Below, one piece after another: positions 51,071-64,000 of a stretch of DNA of 64,000 nt; within the stretch, counting starts at the first letter, position 1; each line of letters opens with the position of its first letter. Source of the DNA: Octopus vulgaris (Eukaryota); the NCBI GenBank assembly GCA_951406725.2, contig OX597820.1, forward strand, positions 84,878,001 through 84,942,000, read 5' to 3'. Below the pieces are notes generated by a model that did not search any database, was not told the DNA's origin, and worked only from the letters and a program-made list of their open reading frames with translations. The position numbers and the translations under genes were made by a program.

Positions 51071-52935
51071 AATAAAAACGTTGCAGAAAGAAGGCGATAG
51101 GACTACACGGTCCATTATTTATAGACAAAATCAGTTCCAAATGAAGTAAAAGCTAAAAAGAAAACACTAACATTAGCGTCGATAGATTATAGGAAAGCCT
51201 ATGACATCATCCTACACACACATGGATAAGTAGATGTCTGAGTATATTCAGCATAGCAGACAACATAAGGGAATTAATTAGCTTTAGCATGAAGAAATGG
51301 AAAGTAAACTTCTACTTAGATGACAGACTTTTAACGAAAGTTAATATCAAAAGAGTAATTCCCCAGTGGGACTCGCTGTCCCTTTTAATATTTACGCTTG
51401 ATCCACCGCCGTTTAGTATTAAGGAAGGCATAAATAGATTCCCAGTTCAGAAATAGTTAGGGAAAAGTTAACCATTTACTCTATGTAGACGATCTAAAGC
51501 TTTTTAGTAAAAATGAAAAAGAGATGGGTTCCTTAATACAGACTAAAACTATTCAGCAAAGATAGAGATATGGTATGTGGCATAGATAAATGTGCAATAT
51601 TAACCATGCAAAGGGTATAGGTAGACAACGGATGCCCAGACTTTAAAATCATTGAAATAAGGAGAGCATTATAAGTATGTAGGAGTATTAGAATCTGAGA
51701 GAGTACTAACTATAGAAACGAAAATGAACATTTAGAAGAAGTACATCAGAAACGTGAGGAAACTAAATGGTCTGAATCTAGTGAAGGCTGTAAATACCTG
51801 GGCAGCGACATTGCTTGAATACTCAGCAGCTTTTGTAGATAGACGAAAACTGAATTAGATAAACTAGAAAGAACTAGAAAGGAATTCAATATGAATGGAG
51901 CACTCCACCCAAGAGCAGGAATAGCAAGATTATACTTACCTAGAAAGGAAGGCGGAAGAGGGTTAATATCAACTGAAGCCTGCGTAAAGTTAGCTAGAGT
52001 AGATATAGATTCCTATGTAATTAATAGCGGAGAAACTTTATTAAAATCTGCTAGAGTCACAGCGAGGCATCGGGAAACCAAAAATCAAAACGAAGTTAAA
52101 AACAAAAAGAAAACAGAAACAAAGAACATAAATTATGTGACTGGCAGAATGTATTGCATAGTAGATTCCTAAAGATTTTTTCAGCAAATAATAGTGAGAC
52201 ATGGCTATGGTTGCAGAAAAGGAAACCTGGAGACAGAAAGTTTGTTAGTTGGTCTAATTGGATTAAAAGCCAAGATAGACAAAAACTAAGAATATTCCCA
52301 AAATAAGTTATGCAAATAAAAGTGGAAAGTGTTACACATATAGTAAGTGCACATAGCATGCTGGAAAAGAAAGAATACTCATGACAACCAAGGGAGAGTA
52401 ATCTACTGAGAGTTATGCAGAAAGCTAGGATTTGAACATACTGATAAATGGTATGAACATTAGTATGAACCTAGTAACGTAATAGAAACTAAAAAGTACA
52501 GGATGTTGTGGGACTTAAACATTCAGACTGGCAGTGTAATAGAAGCTATGTCTGATTTAGAAATAGCAGATAAAGAAAATAGAAAGTCCGAGTTAATTGA
52601 CTTAACAGACACAAATGATGGAAAAGTTAATATGAGCGATAGAAAATAGTAACGTATCAGTACCTTGTTATTGAATTACAGAGGCTATCGGAAATGCGGG
52701 TAAAATGTATCGCACTAGTTATAGGTTCTTTGAGAAGTATCCCTAAGGATCTGAACAGATGGATAGAGGAAATACGCATAAAACCCAGTTTAGTACAGCT
52801 CCAGAAAACATTGTTATAAGGGAGAGCTAGAATACTTTGGAAGGTTCTTGGTATCTAAGTTTACTCGTTATAGGCCGATGTTAGGATTTGTTTTTAATTT
52901 TCTAACAGTCTAATCTATTGTGCGTATATGAAAAA
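51071..52935 (+). mobile_element. 5'-truncated degraded R4/Dong-like RLE LINE
   Basis: IDYRKAYDII.H, IPQWDSLS (GDSLS), NHLLYVDDLKLF (~51470-51505), MNGALHPRAGIARLYLPRKEGGRGL (ORF 51891), LWDLNIQT, VIELQRL, ARILWKVLGI*. Confidence 0.9.
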
Positions 52936-52941
52936 TATTTG

Positions 52942-53017
52942 ATAATAATAATACTGCTGCTGCGTCTAAACAAAAGCAGCAACAACAACAACAACAACTA
53001 CTACTACTACTACTACA

Positions 53018-53100
<83 letters not shown>
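52942..53100. repeat. (AAT)/(AAC)n/(TAC)n microsatellite at LINE 3' end
   Basis: Seen directly. Confidence 0.95.
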
Positions 53101-53101
<1 letters not shown>

Positions 53102-53644
53102 GCCTTCGTATTAATCGACATCAACGCCTTCCTAATTCCATTGTGCTTTCAAGTGCAATTAACGAAAGACTGAATTAATAACATGGCAATATATGAGAAG
53201 GAAATATTGCATTAATGTATGACCTACCAAAAAGCTGAATATAGATCTGCTAAGAAGGGTAAGAAATATGGTTTAATAACTTGGCTTTTCGTATTATGAG
53301 AAGTACGAGATGCAATTATGGATGTTTCTGCCTTACTTTGACCTCAAAGGTGAAGCATAGTATTTTGTTACTTGGCGAAATATGGTAATTGAAACCGCAA
53401 TAATTCACTATTTCTTGATAAATCCGTATACAAAAGCGGAAATTTCTCTTATAAATTGCAGTCTCGTTTAGGAGATATGATTCTTTTAAATTTAGAAAAA
53501 ATCTATATATAAAGCATAATTAATTTCCAGTTTTGCTTCGATCAAACTTGCAAAATGTTTCCATTTCTAGTCTGTTCTTGGAAATTTACTCTTCCTCTGT
53601 GCTATTCTATTTCAAAAGAATTTTGAAAAGAGGAGAAATATAAT

Positions 53645-53830
53645 TACGAAGACGCGCTGAAAATTTCCTGGCTTTGGGTTAAAAAAATACAGGAGGATCA
53701 GTTAATTATGATTTTATAAAACATTTTCCCCTCTCAGACTCAAACACCTATTGAACGGCTCCTTCATATTTTCAAAACAATATAAAAGAGCTCGGAAGAT
53801 TCGTCCTCCAGCATGGCCTTTCCCTATACA
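53645..53830. mobile_element. Mariner-like terminal fragment
   Basis: TA-CGAAGACGCGCTGAAAATTTCCTGGCTTT resembles mariner TIRs of the TA-CGAGGGxxxxTGAAAAGTT type; partner TIR not found. Confidence 0.45.
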
Positions 53831-55059
53831 GGAATGTTTCAGTACAGCCTGGTAGATGCGTTGCTCTCTTGGTTGTAGTGATGATACACATTTATAGTAT
53901 CATAACAAACTGTAGTGTAATAGCTGACCAGAAAATACAGCAGTCTACTGCTATGTTTATATTTCAAAACATCAACAAGTCAAATTTTCATTTCACTCTT
54001 TCGGAACGGATCAAATGAGGAGCTTTCGATAGAATTGACGTTTCGTATCCAAACCGTTTATATATTATAAATTTGCTAATATATCGGAAAACATGTATCT
54101 AAACCAAAAAGATGTATTTTGCACGGTGAGGACAGTATTGGCGAATCTTTAATAAAAGTCGATAAAGATTATTAAAGATGTTTCGTGGACAAATTGAAGC
54201 TTCATGAACATGCATCATTAAGTAGATCAATGCAAGACTATTCATTTATTTAGATACAGTTTGCAAAGAGACAGGTGCATCAAATATATTCAGATGTATC
54301 GCTTCAAAGCAAAGGAAATAGTAATTTCATGAGATGAATATACACAAATAGAGAGAGAAAATGTGTGGTTGTATAATGTCACAAACTAAGAAATACATGG
54401 ATTCTGTACACTGGTTTCATGAAAATTTATGTATAACATACTATATACATACTAATACGATTCAGGCGAGACATAACTATATCATCTTAGAGTGAAGACT
54501 ATTGTATGCTGTAAGCAAAACAATAGCTGCATATGTCAATGTCCATGTATGCATTATACATATGCGCTCACACAAACACATGTATGCATTTAATTATGTA
54601 TGGATACATATATACATATATGTGTATGTGTGAGTGTGTAGTTATATGAAGATAGATTGATATTTAAATATATAGTTATTAAAATATATTTATAATTAAA
54701 GGCGCTGGAGTGCCAACACCTACACCCCAGATGTAGATGCCAAATGTCTACAAGCCACTCTAAATGCGAGCCAATGGGCAAGAAGATTTACAAACATTTC
54801 GGACGACCTGATATCTTAAGATTTTGTGTTCTGTAATACAAATTACTTTACACTTTTCAGCAGAACAACACCGACAATTTATAACCGAAAAATAAATACA
54901 CATATCGATAAATTTCGGCGTACAGATACTAATATATACATGCATTTCCCGCATATACATTATACCTAATCGCCCATCGCAATAATGCGTTTAATGTCAG
55001 AAATCTTGCCGGGGTGAATATAGTACCGAGAGCAAAATATAATGACTAGAGAACTTAAA

Positions 55060-55805
55060 ATTATATATTTGCTCAGTTAACATGAGCCTTGAAGTTCGTT
55101 AGTGTAGTGGGCGCCGATCTGTCATCGATGACGATGAATTAAAGACTGTCGCAGAGAAAGATCCATGTAAAACCACACAAGAACTGTCAAAAGAAGTTAG
55201 CCAGAAAACTGCCTGCAACCATTTCCCCTGCGATCGGAAAATAAAAAAAAAAATCTCGACAAATGGGTACCACACGATTGGAATGAAAATCAGAAAATGT
55301 GCAGATATATTTGTTCGTCGCTTCTTATCCGTAACCAGACTGATCCATTTCTCGACTGTATTGTAACTTGCGATGAAAAGTGGATTCTATACAGTAATAA
55401 AATACGTTCCCAGTGGCTGGACCAGAATGAAGCTCTGAAAACCTTACCTAAACCCGAGCTCTTAAAAATGTAGGTTATGATGACTGTTTGTCGGTGTACT
55501 GCTGGGCTCATCCACCATAACTTCTTAAAACACGGAAAACCACTTCTGATGAAGCATATTTCCCTTGAATTGCCAAATGAACGAAAAACTGATACTCTTC
55601 CGCCCAAGACTGGTCAACAAATTGGGTTCAAAGAGTTTATCAGCTCCAGACCTTCAGAATTTTATCTTATTGGAATAAATAAACTTGTAATTCGTTGGCA
55701 AATATGTATTGAATATAATGATACTTACTTTGACGAATAAATCTTCCGCATTATTGAAATATATTGTAATGACTTGCATGTTTCAAAATATTGCTTACTT
55801 TATAC
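55060..55805 (+). mobile_element. Mariner (DD34D-type) transposase remnant, internally deleted
   Basis: SGRRSVIDDDELK..DPCKTTQELS, LDKWVPH, FLDCIVTCDEKWILY, KVMMTV..GLIHHNFL, FY..GINKLVIRWQICIEYNDTYFDE*; second and third Asp region missing. Confidence 0.88.
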
Positions 55806-55809
55806 TCGC

Positions 55810-56370
55810 TCTGAGGCCTGCCAATCAAGTTTTGACTAAAAGAGCACAGGCTACCTATGCGTCCTCCTTCCGTAAACACTTAATTAAGTGTGGCATCCCA
55901 CCACAGTGATAGACGCATCCATACTGGCCTAGGAGTGGAACATAAGAAATCCTCGTATCAACGAAGCTCTATTGATCCACTGCCTCGTCCAAAACATTAA
56001 AAGTCTATCGGAGATGGGCCAGTGGATCCTATAAATACGTCACAACCAACATCCAGTAGTACGCCACCAAGACCACCACCCCACATGACCAAAAGAAAAT
56101 TCGTCACGGTAACTGATCAACATCCAGCCGTACGCTACCAACACAATCATCGATCACCACTACAATACTACTGGCAGCAGGCTATTGCTGCTACAAACTC
56201 CTACACCATCATCCCAACACATGTGACAAACACAATCACACTACACGGCCATGCACTGCCATGTGACCACCACCACCAATGTAATCCAGAAATATGTTGC
56301 TACTACTGTCTTCAATACAAACATTTGGCGAGTTGCTTATGTCAACAGATGGAAAATTGCTGTTGCTGAC
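55810..56370 (+). mobile_element. Possible Gypsy-type gag remnant
   Basis: Pro/Thr/His-rich ORF 56022-56369 ending in ICCYYCLQYKHLASCLC, resembling a CxYH..G..A..C gag zinc knuckle; weak. Confidence 0.3.
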
Positions 56371-56539
56371 TCATGTACCGAGCTGTCCAAAATAGCACAA
56401 TCTATATAAATACATATTTCGTAGACAGTATTCTTTAAAAGAATGGACTTTGTATATATTATTTATGTTATTATTTGATTGAACACCACGTATCCATTTC
56501 CAAGTAAGTTTATCTTAATCTTTTTGATGCGAGTCTATA

Positions 56540-57095
56540 CTGTTTTCATCCCCCTATCATTTTCTCTCTCCTCCTTCCTCCAATTTCTTTTTCTCCCCTT
56601 CACCTTTATCTATCTGTCGCTCCATCCCTCTTTCTCCTTTACTGTCTTTCATTGTTCAAACGTGACCATCGTCCATATTTTCCACACGTGATCATCAGTC
56701 TTTATCTTTCAGGTCTGTCCTATCTCTCTCTTCTATCTTTTCTCTTGTCAAAAAAAATTTCTCGACCATTCACTATTTTATACTCGTTCTGGTCTAACGA
56801 TCTTCCATATTTGTTTTCGTTCGCTTTCCTTGTATGTCTCCACTGTCCTGTTTTGTTCCCAGTTTTGACTCCATAAATCCCAAATTTTATTTAGTTACTT
56901 ATGGGAGCATCTGTTTTCGAAGACTCATATTGTCGTTCGATGCTGAAAATGTGTAGTTGATAGGCACCCGACAACTAATGAAGGGTCGTTCTTTAGGTTA
57001 CCTGTCCTGTTTTTCATTTTTTGCATATTGAACTCATTTGTTTTCTTATTTCATGTAGTTTACTGTCGGGAACGTCCTGTACGCATATATGCATG
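56540..57095 (+). mobile_element. Unclassified interspersed repeat related in layout to 33985-34550
   Basis: CT-rich start, ACGTGACC/CACGTGATC motifs, stem AGCATC..GATGCT followed by GAAA, CTAATGA box, TGTCCTGTTTT repeats. Confidence 0.4.
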
Positions 57096-57367
<272 letters not shown>

Positions 57368-57759
57368 TTATAAAATATTTAAGGAATGGGGTATATAATA
57401 GCCGGGTTGCATATGTTTCATAGTTTCCAGTGCCCACTAATGATGACACCTAATTTCTCGATGATGCTTGTTACTTTGGTCGTATTCGGATGTCCATGGT
57501 AGTATGTGGATGGTTTTCCAAGGGGCAAAAGAGCAACGAATATCCTGTCCGATAACTTGGCCCAGAGTGATGACATCGTTCCCTAACCAACAGCCCCATG
57601 AGATTTGAGATGCCTAACATGAGAGTCCATTTTGAATTTGTTTCATTTCCGGTTAGTTGATCTCCAAATACTAGACGAGCTAGGTTCGCTACTACTTTAA
57701 ATTGCATGGGGCAGAATCAAAGTTATTAAATGTTATACGTATATATACATATACATACA

Positions 57760-57834
<75 letters not shown>

Positions 57835-59023
57835 ATCTATGCATGTATATATGTATAAATATATGTATATATATACATATATGTATTTATAAGTGCATGT
57901 ATGTGCATATATGTGACTATATATATATCCATAATCATGTTTATTTGAGTGTTGTCTTCTATATTCTTTAAACCGGTTTTAGTTGTTCGTGTATATGCTA
58001 GGCGATGTATGTGATTCACATAATACTATATGGAAAATCTATGCAAGACTGTTCCTCAGGCGGCCATTATTTATTCATTGCAAAACTATTAAATCAATGC
58101 AAAAATATAAAACACGAAATCGAATATTTTTCTAAAGTTAATTTTCAAAAAATAATTTGCCAATTCAATTCCGAGATAGTATCTGTGAAATGAAAATTTC
58201 AATGGCAAGAATAGAAGACAATAATTGCTAAGTGTATGTGTGTTTGGGCATGTGCCGATGTATTATGAGGTAAATCAATGTGAGTACGTGTTCTGGCTCC
58301 TAGTGTAAACACATTGAGTGTATGTGTTTTCCGTTCTGAACTACCAAAAACATTCGTTCTAAGTTTCTACCTCACTACCACACCTCCTCAATTTATTCAT
58401 TCTACTGTGTATTTCACTTTCTCGCTGAATTTCACCACGTACATACATACATATATACATATATAAGTACATATCTTAATTTATCTATGTATATATACAT
58501 ATATAAATATATGGTGGGTTGTATGTAAGTTTATATATGTATGCACAAAATACGAATATATATATATTCATACATATATATATATACATACATATATATA
58601 CATGTATATATGCATATAGCTATGTATATTCATATATATATATTGATGTATATATCTGTTTCTCTCTCTCTCTAACTCTCTCTATATATATATATATATG
58701 TATTAGTATCGAAATATGAATTTCACTTTCATGTATAGAGGCAAATATACCTTACTCTTTATATATATGTATATATATATATGTACATACAAACACACAG
58801 AATCATGTCACATATTTTGAAAAACTACAAAGATGGAACTGAAAACACGCGTAATTATAATTACACGACCAGTCACACGCATAACTAACGCTGTATATGA
58901 ATATACATCGTGCCTGCACGTATGCACACATAGATTCGCATATGCATACGCATAGACTAACTTACCACAGGCACAGACAAACACATCCACATATGAATAT
59001 TTACAAACACTCAAACACACTAC

Positions 59024-59096
<73 letters not shown>

Positions 59097-59722
59097 AACA
59101 CAAACACATAAGCGTATATCTAAATACACGCACAAAAATTCCCACCGTTATTATGATATCATATTGCGTGTTCTAAGTGCGTGCTTACGCATAAACTACG
59201 TCTATGACAATACGTGTAATTCGCATAGCCACAGTATGTATATCTATGTATATATATATATATTTATATGTATGCATGTAGAAGCATATATTGTATGTTC
59301 TTTTCAAATGATTTTCATATTTCCAATTTTCATATATTTAGCTTCACATATTTTCAATATGAATTTCAACCTTTTTCAACCATCAATAGAACTAGATTTC
59401 GCAGATTATAATTGCAAAGTGGGTAGTAAAAATAATGGGCATATAAAATAATAGAAAATGATTTAAATATTTTCTGAAATATGTAACAGATGAATTCAAA
59501 ATAGAAAAAAAAATGAACAATTCAAATCAATTCTTCGCGTACACACTCACGCACAAGCAACATGTACACGTATATATAATGACTGAAAGAAACACTCATG
59601 TATGCATATCTCTATGTATTTTTCTTTTTTCTCTCCCCCCCTTCCCTACTGCTCTCTCTCTCTACTTTCTGTATATATACACATAATATATGTATACATA
59701 TATAATTACACACAGACACATG

Positions 59723-59773
<51 letters not shown>

Positions 59774-61932
59774 CACGCACATGTATGTGTGCACGTCTAT
59801 GTGTATTTCTATGTATGTAAGCAAAATACATATTCTACAATCTTTATATTTCTATATCTGGCATAAATGAACTCCAGTTGTTAGTTTATCTACTAGATAA
59901 CAGGAATTTAGAAGTACCAACTGTTTCTTACCAAGAGACCAATATTTATGTTATTATGTCTACTCTCTTATGCTATTTATTATTTCTTCTTAGTCCAATA
60001 CATTTCATTAGTTGTCCTTTCCTTATCGATTTATAAATCAAAATCTATTCATATAAGCTGCTTCATGTGTAAATATGTTTCTAAACGAATTAATTCAGAG
60101 ATATTAATTATTACATTGTTGAAATTATCTCCTCTAGTTTTTGAGATTTGCTTCAACTACCTCCACTTTTCTGTTGAGAGAGGTGAATTTGTACTTTTTT
60201 CTTTCCATCAGTCAATCTCAGTTACAGAGAATTTGTTATTTATACCTGATTTTACTTCAACCCTTAATTTATCTTTCTAAATGAATACCTTCCCAATGGA
60301 CATAATTGAAATTTCCTACATAGGTATGTTTTGGTTTGTTCTGTCAGTAATCTTCATTGCCAAACATATTTTCCATCGTTTTTGTCTAGCTTTTGCAAAT
60401 TGTTATTTTAAAGTCTCTGGGAGACGTGATAGCGTATGCCTTTAGGAAAGGTCAAGATGTGTGTGTTCCATTGACTGGAGTGATATTTCAAGTAAATCTA
60501 TATACGTAATAAACTACATGTTAACTTCCATGCAAACATACATCTACACACTTAATTTTACGCCCATGCACTTAAACATGTGTTGCGTGAGGGTAATTTG
60601 AGCTGATTGTTAGTGACCGTTCCACCGTCTAAATTTGCCTAGTAATTTCATCTTCCATATTGGAATGCAAATTCATGAGGGAAATTTACGACTATAAATA
60701 GAGATTTCTTCTCTTTCACTAACGACAATGTAATGGATAGCATCTTTTAGCACATTACCTAGCACAATAACTAACTCTGATTTTAACCACTTATAATGAC
60801 AAGCGTTAATAAGCAATATATTAGTCAAGATGCGATACTGTTTGTATAGAGAATTCTCTCTCAATATATCTAGAAATCTGTTACTTGAAATGTAACGACA
60901 ACATGAAAATTAGAAAAATGCGAATCAGCATGCTAAACTGACGTAGTTAAAAAATCTAGTCTCACAGAATTCTAGTGAGCTAATGCGAAGTGAATGATAA
61001 TATAGATTGTCTGCATGATTAATTCAACGACACTAGATATTTGTAGATGGTGGTATCTTTAGAGTTGCGGGCATACTATACTGTAGAATTTTAAACAAGA
61101 TTAGAATTAATCACTTTAAGAACTGAAACTGAAAATTAAGCCAAAACACGTACTTCGAATGTACATTTTATAATTCGTATTCTGAATTCACATTTAGCCA
61201 GATAAGCCCTAGTCTATAAGGAATATATAAAAAATGACGCATTAATAGCAGAACTCGAAGTTCGGTAAAAATGTGTTGTTTCTGCAATCAAAACAATAGT
61301 AATTGCCTTAAGAGTAGATGAGCACATTTTCTAAAAGGAAACGTATACTTGTTTTTGAATATGTTGCCCCCCCCCCCCCGCCCTTTATTTATTCAGATAT
61401 TTTTTTTTTGCTATTAAAGAGAAGCTAGATTAGCCTATATATTTCTGTGCATCATTCAAAACCATGCTAAAGAGATTTTGAAACTTGTACAGAATCTTAC
61501 AAATTTATTATATCGCGGAATATGCTCTGATCGTATAATTATGCAAAATAACCCTAAAATCAGTTATTGCTTACGTTCAAACAATGAATGGTTTGGTGTC
61601 AGTATGCAGTGACTTTTCATATGTAGATGGGGGTGTTTCCTGTTAGGACATTTGTTTAGGTTGGACTCAGCGGGCGTAGAGTACAACGTAATGAATAGGA
61701 GAACGATGTGGATATAGGGCCATGGACAAATGACAGAAAAAAAAGGAAATGCAAGAATGTGATGGAAACAAGAGTAAAAATTAATAACGAAAAGAAACTG
61801 AAACTAAATTTGAAAGAAAATGAAAACTACATCGTGATATCGTGAAATGTATGTCTGTGTGTGTGTGTGCATGTGTGTGTGAGTGTGCATGTTTGTGTGT
61901 ATGAGTGTGTATGTATGCATGTATGTATGTAC

Positions 61933-61980
<48 letters not shown>

Positions 61981-62067
61981 GTGTGTCTGTCTGTCTATCT
62001 ATACGTGCATGTTATATATACACATACAGAAGCATATACATACATACATATATACATACATACATAA

Positions 62068-62112
<45 letters not shown>

Positions 62113-63200
62113 AAGAAAAAGAGACAAAGAAACGATGAGGGACGTGTGCTACGTACAGAGAGATATCTATATATGTATCTTGGTGTGTCTATGTTTGGAA
62201 GAATGTGCGTGTTCAAGTGATTGAATGGTTGTTTCTGTCGTTATTCTTATCAACTTTTCGACCTCTCATTGCAGTTTCGCCTCTGTTGTCTATCTTACCA
62301 GTATTTACGATATAGTTTAGAGAAACTTTCAATGGTATTAAAAGACATATAACAGTGAAATTAATATAAAATTTGATTGAAGAGAACATAGGGATTACTC
62401 GGCTTTATACATCTCATTTAACTCATTTTCCTTTTTATGTTTCTGCCTTTCTTGCAGCTGCTTACGTTTCATGGTTTTCTGAATCCAGTGATTTTTATGT
62501 TTGTTTTATTTGCTTTATTTCATTTGATTTGATTCGTTTTTACTCATTCATTCAATCTTTATTCGATGCTATCTATTTTACTTGTTCGTGTCTTTCATTA
62601 AGCTACGTCTTTCTTACTGCTTTCCCTCACTTTTGTTATCTAACAAATCTTTCTCTCTCTCTCTATTTTTTTTAAATTTAAATCTCGCATTAACATGAAT
62701 AATACTTATTTCAAAGCTTTTATGAATACTCACCATTTTTGTTCAATGTCAAGAAAACAAAGACAGAAACAGCAACACCAGTATGGCATTTTGTATTGAG
62801 AATGATTACACACAGAGACGAAAAAAGAAAAAGAAAGCAACAACAACAAAAAGCAACAACAACAACAACAACAACAATAATAATGATGATGATAATAATA
62901 ATAATATTAATAATAATAATAATAATAATATCAATTTGATATTTTTGATGCATATCCGATGGGTTTTTTTTGTGCATTATATTTTTTTAGTTACTAAATA
63001 AAATTATTTTGTATATATATATACTTTTCTTTTCATTCTGCAATAAATGAAGAATGAATACATGAATCCATTATCAAAAGGTACCATATTTAAAAACAGG
63101 AAATGATTGTAAAATTGTCTATTTGTCAAGAAGCTTTTAAAAGGAGAAGAAACCACACATACATACATACACACATGCTTGCTTACATACACACAAACCT

Positions 63201-63271
<71 letters not shown>

Positions 63272-63283
63272 TGCATATTACGT

Positions 63284-63323
<40 letters not shown>

Positions 63324-63554
63324 GTATATATATGTAAATGCGTATATTCATACATATTTATATATTCACATATGTACGTGAGTGTAGAAAATATGTCATG
63401 GTAGTTATGCATATGAAGATATACCTGTACACATTTCACTGTGCGCACTCTCGCTTGTATGTAGTATTTCTGTATGAGTTCATGTGACTGTAAGCGGATA
63501 TCTTTAAGTGCGTTTTTGAGTCACGGTCTCTTTCTTTGCGCATACAAGTTCATA

Positions 63555-63748
<194 letters not shown>

Positions 63749-64000
63749 ATGATGTTAGAATAGCAATGCAGTTCTTATTTCTATATCAGTTCATGTTTCT
63801 GTTTCGCACTTTTCTTGTGCAGTTATTTCCTCTTCTTTTTTCTATTTTCAGTTATTTCACTTTGCTTTCGATTGTCACTTTTGTTCCCTTTCTTTGTTTA
63901 TTTCTTATACTGCCCTTGAGTAATCCACTATTTGAGCTGTTAAAAGCCGAAAATATAAGAGAATTCTGCTTCAGTAAGAACAAAAATAAACATACATAAG

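Overview
AT-rich, microsatellite-saturated eukaryotic DNA with no intact protein-coding gene that I can recognise. The repeat content (tRNA-derived SINE families, (TA)n/(CA)n/(AAT)n tracts, decayed RLE-type LINEs) strongly suggests an octopus/coleoid cephalopod genome; this is inferred from recognition, not from a search. The window holds: a decayed L1/Tx1-like LINE (1-2460); about 12 fragments of R4/Dong-like restriction-like-endonuclease (RLE) non-LTR retrotransposons, most with their 3' end abutting (AAT)n-type microsatellite and often stacked head-to-tail; a full-length but dead Tc1 element with TA target duplication (26561-27830); an internally deleted hAT/Buster element with an 8-bp TSD (36115-37705); mariner and RTE remnants; and at least three SINE families. 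Almost all long ORFs in the track are microsatellite translations or TE debris. Most interesting signals: (i) an apparent self-reinforcing (TAA)n-targeting retrotransposon/microsatellite system, including a young ~215-bp short form with a recurrent 5' end; (ii) a degenerate minimal hammerhead-ribozyme motif (16142-16190) plus long fold-back palindromes (15248-15480, 5685-5769) and a (TA)n-embedded direct-repeat element, suggestive of Penelope-like/ribozyme-based mobile RNAs; (iii) a few candidate small exons and a promoter-like island near 22.3-22.8 kb that remain unproven.
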